A stretch of DNA of 63,997 nt, the filler included, from Basidiobolus ranarum (lineage: Eukaryota), in assembly GCA_040143965.1 (NCBI GenBank). It is 5 parts of 5 records of this genome, joined end to end, with 100 filler letters (N's around TTAATTAATTAA, not from the genome) between each part and the next. Parts side by side here need not be neighbours in the genome. Positions count along the whole stretch, not along the records: positions 52,132 to 63,997 come from JASJQH010007457.1; 4 more parts are not named here. One strand, 5' to 3'. Both the position numbers and the translations under genes were made by a program. Below, one piece after another: positions 52,132 to 63,997 of the stretch (position 1 is its first letter; every line of letters starts with the position of its first letter). The notes beneath the pieces were generated by a model that worked only from the letters and a program-made list of their open reading frames with translations, searched no databases and was not told the origin of the DNA.

Positions 52132-55100
52132 GCTAAGTGATATTTGACTAAATAATGTTGACTAACTAATATGTGATATATGAAATAGTTAGGTGTATAA
52201 AGGTAGGGATAACATATATGATAAAGACAATAAACTTCAACAGCAATCTCTAAGCATTGTGAAAGAAGCAGCAGAGATGTATTGAATACTAGCATAGATA
52301 CAGTGTATCTTTGTGAAATCTGTAACAAAGTTTATCTTTTCTAGTTACCAAATCTTCACACACATATAGTATCCACAAACTACTCCCAATGTTGCCAGTA
52401 CTTATCAGGCTGCAGAAGGGTGGATGTGATGCAGATTAAATTGACTTTATTTTTGTTAGGGAATGGAGTGGAGCATACAAAAAGATGAATGTAGTTTATT
52501 AAAAAATGATGCATTTTGCTGTAGTCATAAGATACTATAGGTGCTGCAAAACACAAAGAAAGTTATTGAAAACCCATGGATTATTAGCAGCACTCAAACT
52601 TATCATTTATTATGGTCATCATTACAGAATTAACATTCATCTACAATTTATATTACTCAAGTCAATATATACTAGGAATTTCACTGGATGAATTACTAAT
52701 CTTCAGTTTTGTACATTGTGCTGTATTTTCAAATGCATGTAAAAGATGCTTGTACAAGATATTAATTCAATGTAACTAAGGGATATTGATGCTGAAAACT
52801 TGACATATCTTTGCCCAAATTGATTAATTAATTATGGTGAGTGGAAATGACATGTAACATTTACTTGTAAAGTTTGCATGCTTCAAGTGATACAACATAT
52901 ATAGCAACTTTGCCATGGTGAGTACTGGAGGGAAATGCATCAAGATTCTAAAGATACGTCAGGTTCAGCATAATTGTGTACAAGTCACAGTGAAGAAAGA
53001 GGAATTTATTGAATTTTTTAACTCATTACCACTGATATAATGAAGTAGAAAATAATAAATATCATGAATACAATATTGTATCCAAAATATGCATGCTAAA
53101 GCCCAAATATTAGTTGCTGGAAGCAAGCTGAAGCAAAGATGACAATTGTGGAAATGGGATTGATTCACCATTAAAATGTCCTCATCAAAAATACCTTAGG
53201 AGTCCTGTAAGAATACCATTGGGTAATCCCTGTAAAAGCAACCAAAATCCAAGTTGATGGTACTATTCTGGTTCTCTGATGGTCTTCTGGCAATATAAGC
53301 ATGATCCAATCTGTATCATCTAAAACTAATTTCCATAGGGAACTTTCTGCTCAATATATTACTATGTGAAAACCACCTGTTTTTGTAGTTCTCTGACCCA
53401 CTTGCAACAAACATCCAATATACCTTAACAATATTGGTCTGAAGTGCTCTGATAGTATCTCCTATCAATAGGTGCCAAGATATGCTACTAAATAACTCCT
53501 ATATTTTACAAACTTTGCCACTTGCTTTTGATTTTCCTTAGACCTAAACATTTTCTTCTTTGAAGTCATCAAAATTCAAGTACTAAGTAAATGTAACTCT
53601 ATCTAATAGTACTATGCAATCCAATATACTTAATAATACAAGAACTACATATAAAAAAATCACTTAGGTACTTGTACAACTTACAGAGGAACAGATATGC
53701 AAACATCAAAGTATAGCTCCCATTTTCAATTCAGTGCTGCTCAGGGCTACACACCAACTTATAAGAAGTCATTACAGTTGAAAATGGAAATATTCATTTG
53801 GAAAAATTATGTATAATCTAGTTAAAACTAGCATAGCTTAGACATTTACATAGTCACATATTACTCAGTTTTAGTTACTATGTGTTCTTCCAAAAATATC
53901 ACATTAACTTGGATTATTTCTACCAACTTAGATGTCATCAGCTTTATGAACTTTCACATATATCCCAGGGACCTTCCTTAACACATTCCACCTGTTTTTT
54001 TTTATTTACCTCTTGATAAAACAACATTTGTTAACTCTCTGATCTATATTTGTAAAATGGATAACCAACAGCTCTTGTAATAAATCAAACCACTACCAGC
54101 AAACTCCCAAAATACTTCAGCATACCACATCAAATATTTCCCAAAATCAAGTGCTTCAACCTTTGCACTGCTTCCATCAAGAAACAATGCCATATGTACT
54201 AAAATCATAGCATATAAGACAATCAGAGTAATTAGAGATATTTTACCTACATTTCATGCAATAACAGAAAAAGGGCACTGGGTCTATAAACTTGTTTTGT
54301 ACTTGTTATCAGGTGGAGAGAGAAAAGCAGTAATGTATACAAGCTCACCACTGACTGAAACAAATCCTTCCCTGACCACTTGAGTGTTGGATAGCTAGGC
54401 ACATTAAATAGTAACCTATATGCATCCCATCTAAGTTCTTCAAGCTCCACATTGTACATTGGTACCTGGGTTATCTCTGAAGGCTCAGAGTTGCAATTTT
54501 AACCATTATGTGTCTTACTGGTTTTACTATCATAACTAGCTGTTAGGGGACTTGGCCATGCTTGCAACATGTTGGCAGCAATTGAAAGTTTAACATTGAG
54601 GTTTCACCACAGCATCATTGTGATTATGAAAGATATTTATTTATTGATAAATAGATTTCTCAACACACTAAGAATTATAGGTAAGGACCTGTTCAGACAG
54701 TTGATAGAAGTAAAATGGCTATTTTGGGGTTGAAAGGTACAGATATATATATCTAGACATCCCAGAGCTCTCCTGATATATATGCTTACAAAAAGGCCCC
54801 TACTAGTCCTAAATAGGGATCCAGTAGTATCTTAGTTAAGGTTAGTAGTAAGGCCAATTATAGGGTTGCTGCAATCCAAATTAAAAAAAGCAAAACAGGG
54901 CACATTATAAAGAAGAAAACTGCAATAAATGTAGTGAGCACCAGAAAATGTTTGATAGAACAATTGCTTCATAATTTTGAATATTTTCCAGTGTTTCAAA
55001 AGAGTATTTACCTATTAAATATCAAATCTTCAAAAAACAAGTAATGTACATGTCAGCCATAATGCATGGGTATAGTAATGTTCAGCTCCAACACTCACTG
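52132..55100. mobile_element. CpG-depleted block of decayed transposon fragments (RT-like relic ~53170-53560 minus; possible MULE relic ~52450-52920 plus)
   Basis: Almost no CpG. Minus strand KENQKQV..., LPEDHQR, QGLPNG, FDEDILMV (RT-like); plus strand WSGAYK and THGLLAALK are only weakly MULE-like. Confidence 0.45.
53949..54122 (+). repeat. Dispersed repeat copy C (diverged), same family as 13175 and 16287
   Basis: aactttcacatatatcccagggaccttccttaacac...tttacctcttgataaaac...caaaccactaccagcaaactcccaaaatactt aligns with the reverse complement of 16287-16459. Confidence 0.75.
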
Positions 55101-56867
55101 TAAGTAAATTTTATCCATTACGATCCTTATTACCAACATAATCTTCTCCCAATGCCCAATATACTTAATGTAGAGTTAGTTATTATCAGTATTCACACCG
55201 AAGCTTGAAGTATTTTCTATTGGGACTGATTGTACTGCCCTTTAGGAGAATAACCCAAAACATTGTATGTTAAAGGTCAACAAAAGCAAAGTAAGACCGT
55301 ACATATAGCGATGAGTAGATAGATTCTTACAATCCACCGAATAGCAGGAAAACACTTCCAGCAGATTGTTACAGATAGTCAGTGTCTCACTCAGTGGTGG
55401 CATCAGACATATCAAAATAGAGAAACATATAGTTTGATATTATAAGGGTTATGAGTTACAGGGGATGTGATAGAATTTTATGCAAAATTTCAGATGTATC
55501 TTGTCGAAGTGCCATGCACCCATCTAAACCACTGAGGCAGCTTTTGCTCAACAGAAAGATCAGACCATACCACCTATATGACATAGTATTTATAGTCCCG
55601 GTGAAAAAAAATAGACCGTTCTAAGACAACAAACTGCATTGCCATAGCGCTCAGCTGCAATTAGGCCATATATGTACTCCATGTTCCATACGTTGTATAC
55701 AGCTGATAGCGTTCCTGTCACATTTACCATGGAATATTCTCAAGTGAGTATTAAGGATCTCAGCACTTTACTCCGTGGGAGATTGAGGGAGAAATAGAAA
55801 CCTCTATGCTGAGACTAATTTAATAGGATTGTCTCATTGCTATGATGACCATCAAATCTTATAGCTAGATCAGGTAGCCAAGGAGTGGGGAATTATGAGC
55901 AGTCACACGCAGTCCCTTGAGCCCGTCAAGTACATCATTTGTATTACATTACGTACCTCACAATTGGTTACCCCTATACATCAAATACAGTATCGGGGAT
56001 TACCGCCATAGTTAGACTATTTTTGATCAGAACACCTATAGAACACACTCCAAAAATAGAATAATCATGGAACTGGGTAGTGCAACATAGGATCGCCTAT
56101 GTTGATCAGCATCATCAAGGCAATCTTCAATTTTATTTCCCATATGGCGGGCTTCTGCAGATTGATGTTCTATGGTGCCAGGGGTTGTGGGATCTTGCTA
56201 CGAAATAGTAACAGAGATTGAGATGATGAGTGCTGGATGTTGGATATATAGCGCAGTAAGCGTTGGGCAGTGTTCAACAAAGCGAATTTATCAAAATATC
56301 TCTTTCCAGAAAGTGAAAGGATATGGAGAACATTCGAATATGGATATGCCTGCTCCAATATATCCACATTAATACTGCTCATGCTTAGTAACATGAATTG
56401 CATATTTAACTTGGATACTACTTTACGATGAAATAAAGCTATTCTGACAACTTACTAGTATTAGAGATAATGTAGCTCACAGCCAAGTTAGCAGATAGGC
56501 TAAAGTCATCGAATGCCATGCCATACCAGTTACTGAGATGACTCCAACGGTCCAACAAATTTAAAAATTAGAAGTGAGTGCTCAGTGCGGTAGCTACGAG
56601 GAAAAATGGTTGGATTTTCAACAGTGTTGATGCATATAATATATAAATACAATTCACATCCAGTATGTATACACCATTGCTGGTTAATGGAGAATTTACT
56701 CAAAACATGTATCAAGAGTGGTAATTCGAAGGGATCGGCTGTTTATTTCAACTATTCGAGTGATAGAACCGGTTGAAGGTTTGATCAACTTACGAACATC
56801 TAACAAGATACTAGGGCTATGGCGAGCAAATAATATCCCAGAACTCTGCGGTGTTAATATATCCTTT

Positions 56868-56933
56868 ACACCCATATCAGCACCTATATCAGCACTAATG
56901 ACACTCATATCAGCACCTGTATCAGCACTAATG
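56868..56933 (-). repeat. 33-bp in-frame tandem duplication encoding a retropepsin-like DTGADMSVIS motif
   Basis: acac(c/t)catatcagcacct(a/g)tatcagcactaatg x2; minus frame reads ISADTGADMSV ISADIGADMGV. Confidence 0.7.
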
Positions 56934-57729
56934 GTCCCTTTTAATATAACCTTTACACTCCATCGCCCACTACTTACCAACAGCATTCGCAGACACTGAT
57001 TGCTAATTTGTTCGGAATGCAAAGATGTGTTAATTAACCCTTTGGGAAACAATATTCTGATCTACATGAGATATGCCATGTTTCGTCCATGGAACAGCCC
57101 ACGATATCACTGGCATTAATATGCTTCATGGACTGCGGATTGACGACCAGATAGCTGACTAAGTAGTAATGGCTGACTAAATAGTGGTAGCTGAGTTGGT
57201 AGTCTTGTTTCTGTAGCCTTGTTTAATGCATTGCCGGGGATTCTTGACTGCAGTGTCGGAACTTTAGTGGAGCCGTGATGGATCTTCGGATCCTAGATTT
57301 AGAGAGAATCCCAGCGATCACAATATAACTGGGGTACAGGTCAATACGCTGATTGGGTCATGCTGCCAAAGGAGCACCAACACTACAATGGCTAACCAGT
57401 GAGATGCATTCATTGAACCAGTCAGATACATGCTCCTCCTCTGGTTAGAAACAACATTGATTGATCGATATAGAACCAAGGGCTGAAATCGACTCCCTCC
57501 CAGAAAGGCGAAATTTTCTTTTAAACTCCGGTCAACCCCCCACTTTTGGAGTACTGACTGAGTACTGACGATATAGGGGAACAACATGGATGATATGCAA
57601 CATTTCCATGGCAACCAATGAGATCCATCTGTGGAAATGGTTATTAACCTCCACTGGCGCGTTCCCAAGAAAACTCAAGACGATTGAAGGTGGTTATTTG
57701 ACTCCACAACCTACTCCATTCCTTTATCA

Positions 57730-58566
57730 ATGTCATTCCAAAGCTTACAGTTCAAAGATGAGGTACTACAGCTACCCAATCTTCGCTCATTATTTCCAGA
57801 TTTACTGGAGTCTCGTGCTTCCTCACCCAAAGCCCATTCAAGTGAGGATTGTCGAGAGTTTCCTGACCGTAGTCTATTTGGTTGCTCCAAACCTGGATGC
57901 AATTGTGATTCCAACATGTTAGGTGACAGCATCAATTTCTTTTCCAAAAGAGAAAGAATCCCAAGTATATCCTCGGCAAGCTCCTCCCCATTACTAGCAA
58001 CCCCTCAATCTGATACCGCTGGGTTACCTTTGGAGTGGATCAGGGTGGCGGGTAAGACCGGGATGGACTCTCCACTTTCCATGCCAGAGCCATTTTCGTA
58101 TTTGAAAGAATCAACCGGATTTGGTAAAGAGTACGGTCAATGGACCGACTCCAAAGAGGCTCATTCTAGTGCTTTTCAAAAATATTCTCGCGTAGGAGCA
58201 GCTATGTCTTGGGAAGCGGATACAAGATCTCCCTTTCAACCGAGTCCTGCTCATATACATCAAAGCATCGCTTATTCAGGAAATATCAACGCCCCCACTA
58301 CCATTCAGAAACCGTATCGATGCACCTACTGCAATAAGAGATTCGCCAGACCAAGCTCATTGAATACACATGTCTACTCCCACACCGGAGAGAAACCTTT
58401 CGAATGCAAAGAAGAAGGTTGCAGTCGTCGGTTTTCGGTTCTTTCAAACCTCCGGCGGCACACCAAACTCCATGCTAGAAGTAAGAGAGGTAGTAATAGC
58501 ACCAACAAAAGCATAGCTTCTGCAAGAAATTCTGAGTCAAGTGCTATGTATGTAGGGGGTTGGTGA
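57730..58566 (+). CDS. Two-finger C2H2 transcription factor, FlbC-like
   Basis: YRCTYCNKRFARPSSLNTHVYSHTGEKPFECKEEGCSRRFSVLSNLRRHTKLH closely follows the Aspergillus FlbC finger pattern as recalled (RPSSL.TH.YSHTGEKPF.C...GC.R.FSV.SNLRRH); S/P-rich N-terminus. Confidence 0.88.
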   Translation: MSFQSLQFKDEVLQLPNLRSLFPDLLESRASSPKAHSSEDCREFPDRSLFGCSKPGCNCDSNMLGDSINFFSKRERIPSISSASSSPLLATPQSDTAGLPLEWIRVAGKTGMDSPLSMPEPFSYLKESTGFGKEYGQWTDSKEAHSSAFQKYSRVGAAMSWEADTRSPFQPSPAHIHQSIAYSGNINAPTTIQKPYRCTYCNKRFARPSSLNTHVYSHTGEKPFECKEEGCSRRFSVLSNLRRHTKLHARSKRGSNSTNKSIASARNSESSAMYVGGW

Positions 58567-58770
58567 TAATTCATTTGATTTACTACCCCATTTGTATTTC
58601 GTACTGGTTGTATATACTACCCCACTCTTCACTCTCCACTCCTCACTCCCCACTGGTTACCATGACATCCTCTCACTTTATTTATTTGAACCCTTAGTGT
58701 CAGCTTAATCCCAATGCTGTAGATTTGCATTAGAACCCACCCAATAATCATCATTAACACACGTCGTAGT

Positions 58771-58850
58771 CTCAGCCTCAATATTTATGAGGGAAGGTCA
58801 TGATATTTATCTCAGCCTCAATATTTATGAGGGAAGGTCATGATATTTAT
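58771..58850. repeat. Exact 40-bp tandem duplication
   Basis: ctcagcctcaatatttatgagggaaggtcatgatatttat x2. Confidence 0.95.
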
Positions 58851-59017
58851 CATAAATCACATATTTCTATTGAATTTTCATTGTAATGTTCTGAGGTACT
58901 TATTACTATTATGGTTGTTACGAACATGCACTCAAATGCAATAAGTAAGAGTGAAGGTTGATTAACATAAGCGGTTTAGCCTAGCTTAGACAAATGATTA
59001 TTCCCATCAATGGATTC

Positions 59018-59063
59018 TGGCTTGTCCGTGATTATGGCTTGTCCGTGATTATGGCTTGCCCGT
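59018..59063. repeat. 17-bp tandem repeat, ~2.7 copies
   Basis: tggcttgtccgtgatta x2 plus tggcttgcccgt. Confidence 0.85.
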
Positions 59064-59799
59064 CCTTGTTTCAAACATCATCATCAGAGCAAGTCTAGAG
59101 CGTTTTCGATGAATCTCACTGTAGTGTGTTTCACTTCTATTTATCGATCATTCGATTAAGAATCATGAATCGTTGATAATCTGATCAATGATCTAGCACG
59201 CCATAGTCATCTACTGCAGAACCTTAGTGGAGTTGTTAATTCGCATCAGAATCAATTCATCAGGGTCAATTCATTCCTCTCTAAGTAGGTTTCGTACGTT
59301 CCCCATTCCACGTTTTAGCAGGGATGGTATTTCAAGTGTTACTTGCTACGTAATTGTGGCTGGTGCTCTACAAATTCACTTGGTATTTGCTTTTCATTCA
59401 ATACAGTAACTTGGAGATTTGTTTCGTGCATTTCTTAGCTTGCCTGCACAGACTGAGTACCAAAAGAAGTAGCAACAATAGTACTAATGATATATATAGA
59501 GTTGTCTAGTTGGAAATATGCCGATGTTTGCTTCGAGAGTTGACGTAAAAATGCTTCAACATCGATTAACTTCTCCCTATTGCAAATGCATACCGTTTCT
59601 GAAAGCCTTCCGACAAAGCCATAATATGTGTCATAGAAGCAGACACTTGCATGTAAAGTCATATTGAAACATTAAAAAAATCCACCACTTTAGGTTTCAA
59701 AGGGTTCGCAAAGTGACAATACACAGGAGAAGAAACCTAGTACTCAGTGGATCAAGCTTTACTACCTAGGCAATGGTAATTTCTTAGAGTTTTTGCTTA

Positions 59800-60400
59800 C
59801 TCAAAGTATCATCAGTTCAAATTCTTATAAAAAACCCCATTTATGGCCAAATGCAGGTCAGGAGTTGGTGTTATAATTCTGGTCCCTGCATATCATCTGA
59901 ACTTACTCTATTATATCAGCTATTTTCTCGTGTTAATATATCAACTATCCCAGTCTTGTGCAACATCCATATACTAACTCACTCCAGTACCAATTTTTAG
60001 TAACTCACTTCTTTTGAGCATTCCATGAAGTTTGTCTAATCGCATCTGACTAGGAAACTGAATTTCCCGTAACACTTCAATGGAACGCTACCTGCCCATC
60101 CTAATAGAACTTAAACACCAATTATCAGTCATAACCTCAATGGCCATTTGTTAAGCTATTCTCACTTTTGTACTATATGTTCATCAAGTAAATCTCTTCA
60201 AGTGTCATGAACTTTGCTATCAGATCACCATTGGCTATCAACTTGGATTCTTCTCAATAAATCTTGTGTTGCCTTGTCCCTTATATTTCTACGCTGGCTT
60301 GTTAACCAATTTAGACTTAAGAGCATTCTTCTTGCCCTCCAGTATCTTGTACTTGTCTTGGTTTCTTGTTCAAGTGTATATTGTGACAGTTAGCAAATAT
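59800..60400 (-). mobile_element. Decayed Tc1/mariner-like transposase relic
   Basis: CpG-poor. Minus strand KNALKSKLVNKP (..KKP), W*SDSK (WSDESK-like), TPDLH (SPDLN-like) in the expected order. Confidence 0.4.
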
Positions 60401-62049
60401 CAAAATTTACCTAGTCTTCTGGAAGTCAGGCCCTTAATATATAATATAAATCTGAGTTGGTTTACAGTCTTGGATATTCCACGAAATAAATGATTTAAAT
60501 GAGCACCTTGTGGAGTTCATATTGAATACTTGGAGCAAAAAAAAGCATGACCTGTAATGTGTAACAAAGATGTTGGCAAAAGTCATGAAGAGAATGGAAT
60601 TACTCGGATGCATGTATATTCTTGAACAGAATATGCCATAGGAGACTAAGTGGTATCATTGTGACCTCTGAGTTACTTAGAAAACTATTACACATTGCGT
60701 TAGAAATGAGGTATCATTATTTCAATTGCTACGCTTTTGATGACAACATGAGCTGGGATCCACTACAGGCCAGTTAAGGCAAAACTAGTGCATAGACGAT
60801 GCTATGAGTCTCTATAGTTAGCACTCTTGGAAATACTTGACTTCACTAGCATCAGCCTCCAAGAAAATTTATACAGATGCTAAAGTATAATAGTCCTGAG
60901 CCTGATGGAACAAGTATAGCTCAAAGTATTTTCTGCCCGCAATAAGAGCTGATGTTTTGAGTGTTTTTGGAATGCTAGATTTGAGGAATTTATTAGGTAG
61001 ATTTAATATTTGTGAAATTGTGTGTGTGAATAGAGACACGATTGGCCCATTAATAACTATCGATATTGGTCACCATATATACACGTTGATCGCGATACAA
61101 TCTCGATAGCAGTATCAAACGCCACGGTTAGGATCTACATCAATTATGTTACAGTGTGTAAGAAGATACTCAGATGAATTTTTAGGATCCTCACCCCACC
61201 ATCGAATGCCAGTTAAACCTTCCATATCGAAAGTGCACTGTTAGTCTGAGTTTACACTGCTGACTTGGGGTTAGCATGCGAGCTTACACTACTGATTGTT
61301 ACCGCTCTTTATTTCTTAGAAAAAAATCAATGAATCCGCGAAATAACATTTGTTATTAAATACGCGGAAAATGGTTCGAAACTGGAATTAAACTATTAAT
61401 GTTCTCAAGAGTGACAATGTCCCTTCGTTATATAAGTCATTCTTAACTAATATCCGATATTTCGATGTTAGTTTCATGATGAACCTCGCTTTGGCAAATG
61501 AAGCATAAAACATGACGCATAAGTGAAAACACTGGTAAGAGGAATTTCAGTAAGCCACCGGTCATTATAAATGCAGGTTTTATTTATCAAGTCTAGACAT
61601 TTACAAATGTGCTCGATATGGCCATACGAAAAAGGGAAAATCCATTCAACTAAAAGTTCACGTTCATTCCCCAATATAAGGAGCTGACTGCCGCTACAGC
61701 CCTAGCTTGAAGTAGATATATGTACATGAATTACACAAGTTGCAAACAATGTTGGAAGTAGAAACCGTGCATATTTTGACTTTTTAATAAATACCAAATA
61801 TCCATTGATTCGTTCGCGATGGCTACAAGAGCACGCAATATGCATATCTTGACAAAAATATCAGTATCTTGATATAAATATAGGATATTAAAAAACTAAT
61901 TGTAATTATTAGCACATACGCATATTTGTAAAATTGGATATTTGCGACCCCACATCATGCTATCAAATTTAGTAACCCAAACTTTGATCCTCAATGATTT
62001 ATCTCGTGGCGTCTCCCAGGTATCACCAGTTTTTCTGAAGAACTCACCA

Positions 62050-62403
62050 GCTTGATTTTCTTATTAATCGAGGCAACTGGAGCCGGAACTGGAACCCCCA
62101 TACTTAGTTGCCTAATCAGGTCACTTATCATAACTGGGCCATTCGAGATTTCAATCAGGCTGTTTGTATCTACTGCTCAGATTAAAGGGGCACGCAACTG
62201 GTATCGAGCATTACTTAACCAGGAGCTATTTGTGGAAACTTAATGCGCTTGCCACAGGTTGGACAGTTGCAAGAATTTGATTCCAGTTAAGTTAACCATA
62301 TCGCTCAGGAGCTCTTTCTCACCGTCCACGCTTTTCATTGTTCTCATAAACGACCTGGTAACAATGGTAGGCTTTTGTACCGTCAACAACGTTACGAAAT
62401 CGC
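62050..62403 (-). pseudogene. Isolated disabled exon of unknown family
   Basis: Flanked by TTAG acceptor and GTGAGT donor; ~118-codon frame (DFVTLLTVQKP...INKKIKL) with two in-frame stops. Confidence 0.3.
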
Positions 62404-62538
62404 TAAGAAATAATCATGATTGTTACAAACTTCATTTAGAAATTTACAGGATCACCAGCATATCATATGATGCGTCATTTGCAAACCACTGTCCCACTAC
62501 CATACATCAGCGACCATTCTCAACTTGAGAGCATCTAT

Positions 62539-62556
62539 CCCTAACCCTAACCCTAA
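62539..62556. repeat. Interstitial telomere-like (CCCTAA)3
   Basis: ccctaaccctaaccctaa, followed by degenerate cctaat/cctaaccct at ~62600-62620. Confidence 0.75.
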
Positions 62557-63748
62557 TCCATGGATAGTTGTAGAAACACGATGATTTTCTCATTATTTAC
62601 CTAATCATTTACCTAACCCTCGTACACCTATTTACGCAAGTCCACACCGAGTGTGGGTATTTTCAAGCGAGTTCAATTGAGTATATTCCCACTGCTCATG
62701 CAGTGAAAAAAAGGAAATGTGAGCTGACTCCGATGGATTGTGGGGTAGCCCCATTTGAGAAATGACTAGAGTGCTCATTGACTCACATATATATCGTATA
62801 CAATTATTGTAATTGACTCACAGATATTGTCATATAGAGCCTACTCATGGCCTATCAGCTGGTGACTAGAAATCCGGTTTGAACGGTAATGAACTGGTCA
62901 GAAATATACTGGCCCATATGATATGGAAATAATGGAACACAAGTACATGTAGCCCAACATGGCTCCACTCAGTATGATCAAAGGCCGACATTTGGTAGAA
63001 TTATGCCGTATTCCGATTTTTCTGGTCGACCAAAAAGAGAAGGAGGTTGCGGAGTTTTCCACATTCGTTCAGTTTGTACTCCATTTAAGATCACAAGTAC
63101 TGTAAGCTTTGGGTGGCAACCGGATTTGATTGATGAAAATCAGGTGTGAACCTTAATGTGGAACCTTATTCAAATCGACAAATTACTTTTTCAGTTATTT
63201 TCCACATCATCTTTTGAATTCCATGGAAGCCTTCACTTATTTATGGCTGAAGTTATATTCTAACGTCCATAAAGCAGGTTTTCAGTAGCCTTACCGATTG
63301 GGAAACTCAGCTGTGACCATTACCTTCTAGCTCACTATCAAGCTTCGATCATTCATGGCTCTACAGTACAAACGATAATGTGCTGCTGAATACAAGGAGC
63401 AATAACTCCATAAGAAAAACTTGCTTCATTCGTTTACGGTAACGATAATTGTTACGCTGATGACTAGGACAACGACAAAAGTGTATAGGCTGTTGATCAG
63501 AATATTCGTTTCATTACAAATATGCCATTACAGTCTGGTGCTACCAACACATAGAAATTTCATTAATTTCCATACATCGCTAAGTCAAGCATAATCGGAA
63601 TAGTCTGCTGCTGTTGAGAATAAATGATTTTCCAGGTAGTCACTGTATATATATTGACCACATCACAACGTTGTTAAGACATCAAACTCTCAACAGTCGA
63701 CTTGCCATATTCAACAACTACATTCTCAAAAAGAAATACTTCACGTAA

Positions 63749-63997
63749 ATGAGATTTAATTCCCCAATGGTCCAGGTTGTCCTGGTGGGCTTTGCTTGTT
63801 TTTGCTGTCCAGGTATGTACAACGTTATTAATGCTCTCGGTGCTGGTGGTCAAATGGACGACAATACCGCTAAGAATGGCAACGTTGCTCTTTACGCTTG
63901 CTTCGCCGTCTTCGGTGTGTTCGGTGGTGCTATCTACAATATTCTCGGTGCTCGTTTGACTATGGTCTGTGGTGGTTTGACATATGCTCTTTACTCT
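63749..63997 (+). CDS. UNC-93-like (DUF895) MFS membrane protein, 5' part; runs off window (not in the ORF track)
   Basis: MRFNSPMVQVVLVGFACFCCPGMYNVINALGAGGQMD...NVALYACFAVFGVFGGAIYNILGARLT..GGLTYALYS; TATA-like element at ~63646. Confidence 0.9.
   Translation, partial: MRFNSPMVQVVLVGFACFCCPGMYNVINALGAGGQMDDNTAKNGNVALYACFAVFGVFGGAIYNILGARLTMVCGGLTYALYS

Noticed and set aside
1147..63959. Most 60-120 aa ORFs in the track (antisense or alternate-frame ORFs over PHO84, kinase, deacetylase, arrestin, and 63777-63959)
   Set aside because: Shadows of real genes or random frames in TE relics, many starting at TTG/GTG.

Overview
Eukaryotic (fungal) DNA. It is not one locus but five ~12.9-kb contigs (1-12970, 13071-26002, 26103-39027, 39128-52031, 52132-end) joined by artificial 100-nt spacers (N44-TTAATTAATTAA-N44), so adjacency across a spacer means nothing. 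Short 55-75 nt introns, AT-rich sequence and gene content suggest an early-diverging fungus (Basidiobolus-like; inference only). Contig 1 and the start of contig 5 are almost CpG-free graveyards of decayed Gypsy, Copia and DIRS/Ngaro-type (tyrosine recombinase, YR) elements. Recognisable genes: a small 6-Cys secreted protein, a single-LysM secreted protein, an MFS transporter, a GPI-anchored CE4 chitin deacetylase, PHO84, a bacterial-type GNAT with extra spliced 5' exons, a PASK-like kinase, the 5' part of a probable RNAi RdRP, a secreted Gly/Asn-rich protein, PGS1 (with a GC-AG intron), an alpha-arrestin, an FlbC-like C2H2 factor and the 5' end of an UNC-93-like MFS. Best leads: (i) two effector-like secreted genes bracketed by inverted copies of a dispersed repeat (possible cargo-carrying TIR element); (ii) a likely horizontally acquired GNAT domesticated by added exons; (iii) a ~2-kb unidentified decayed ORF upstream of a YR retrotransposon. 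All assignments are by eye from motifs; no searches were run.
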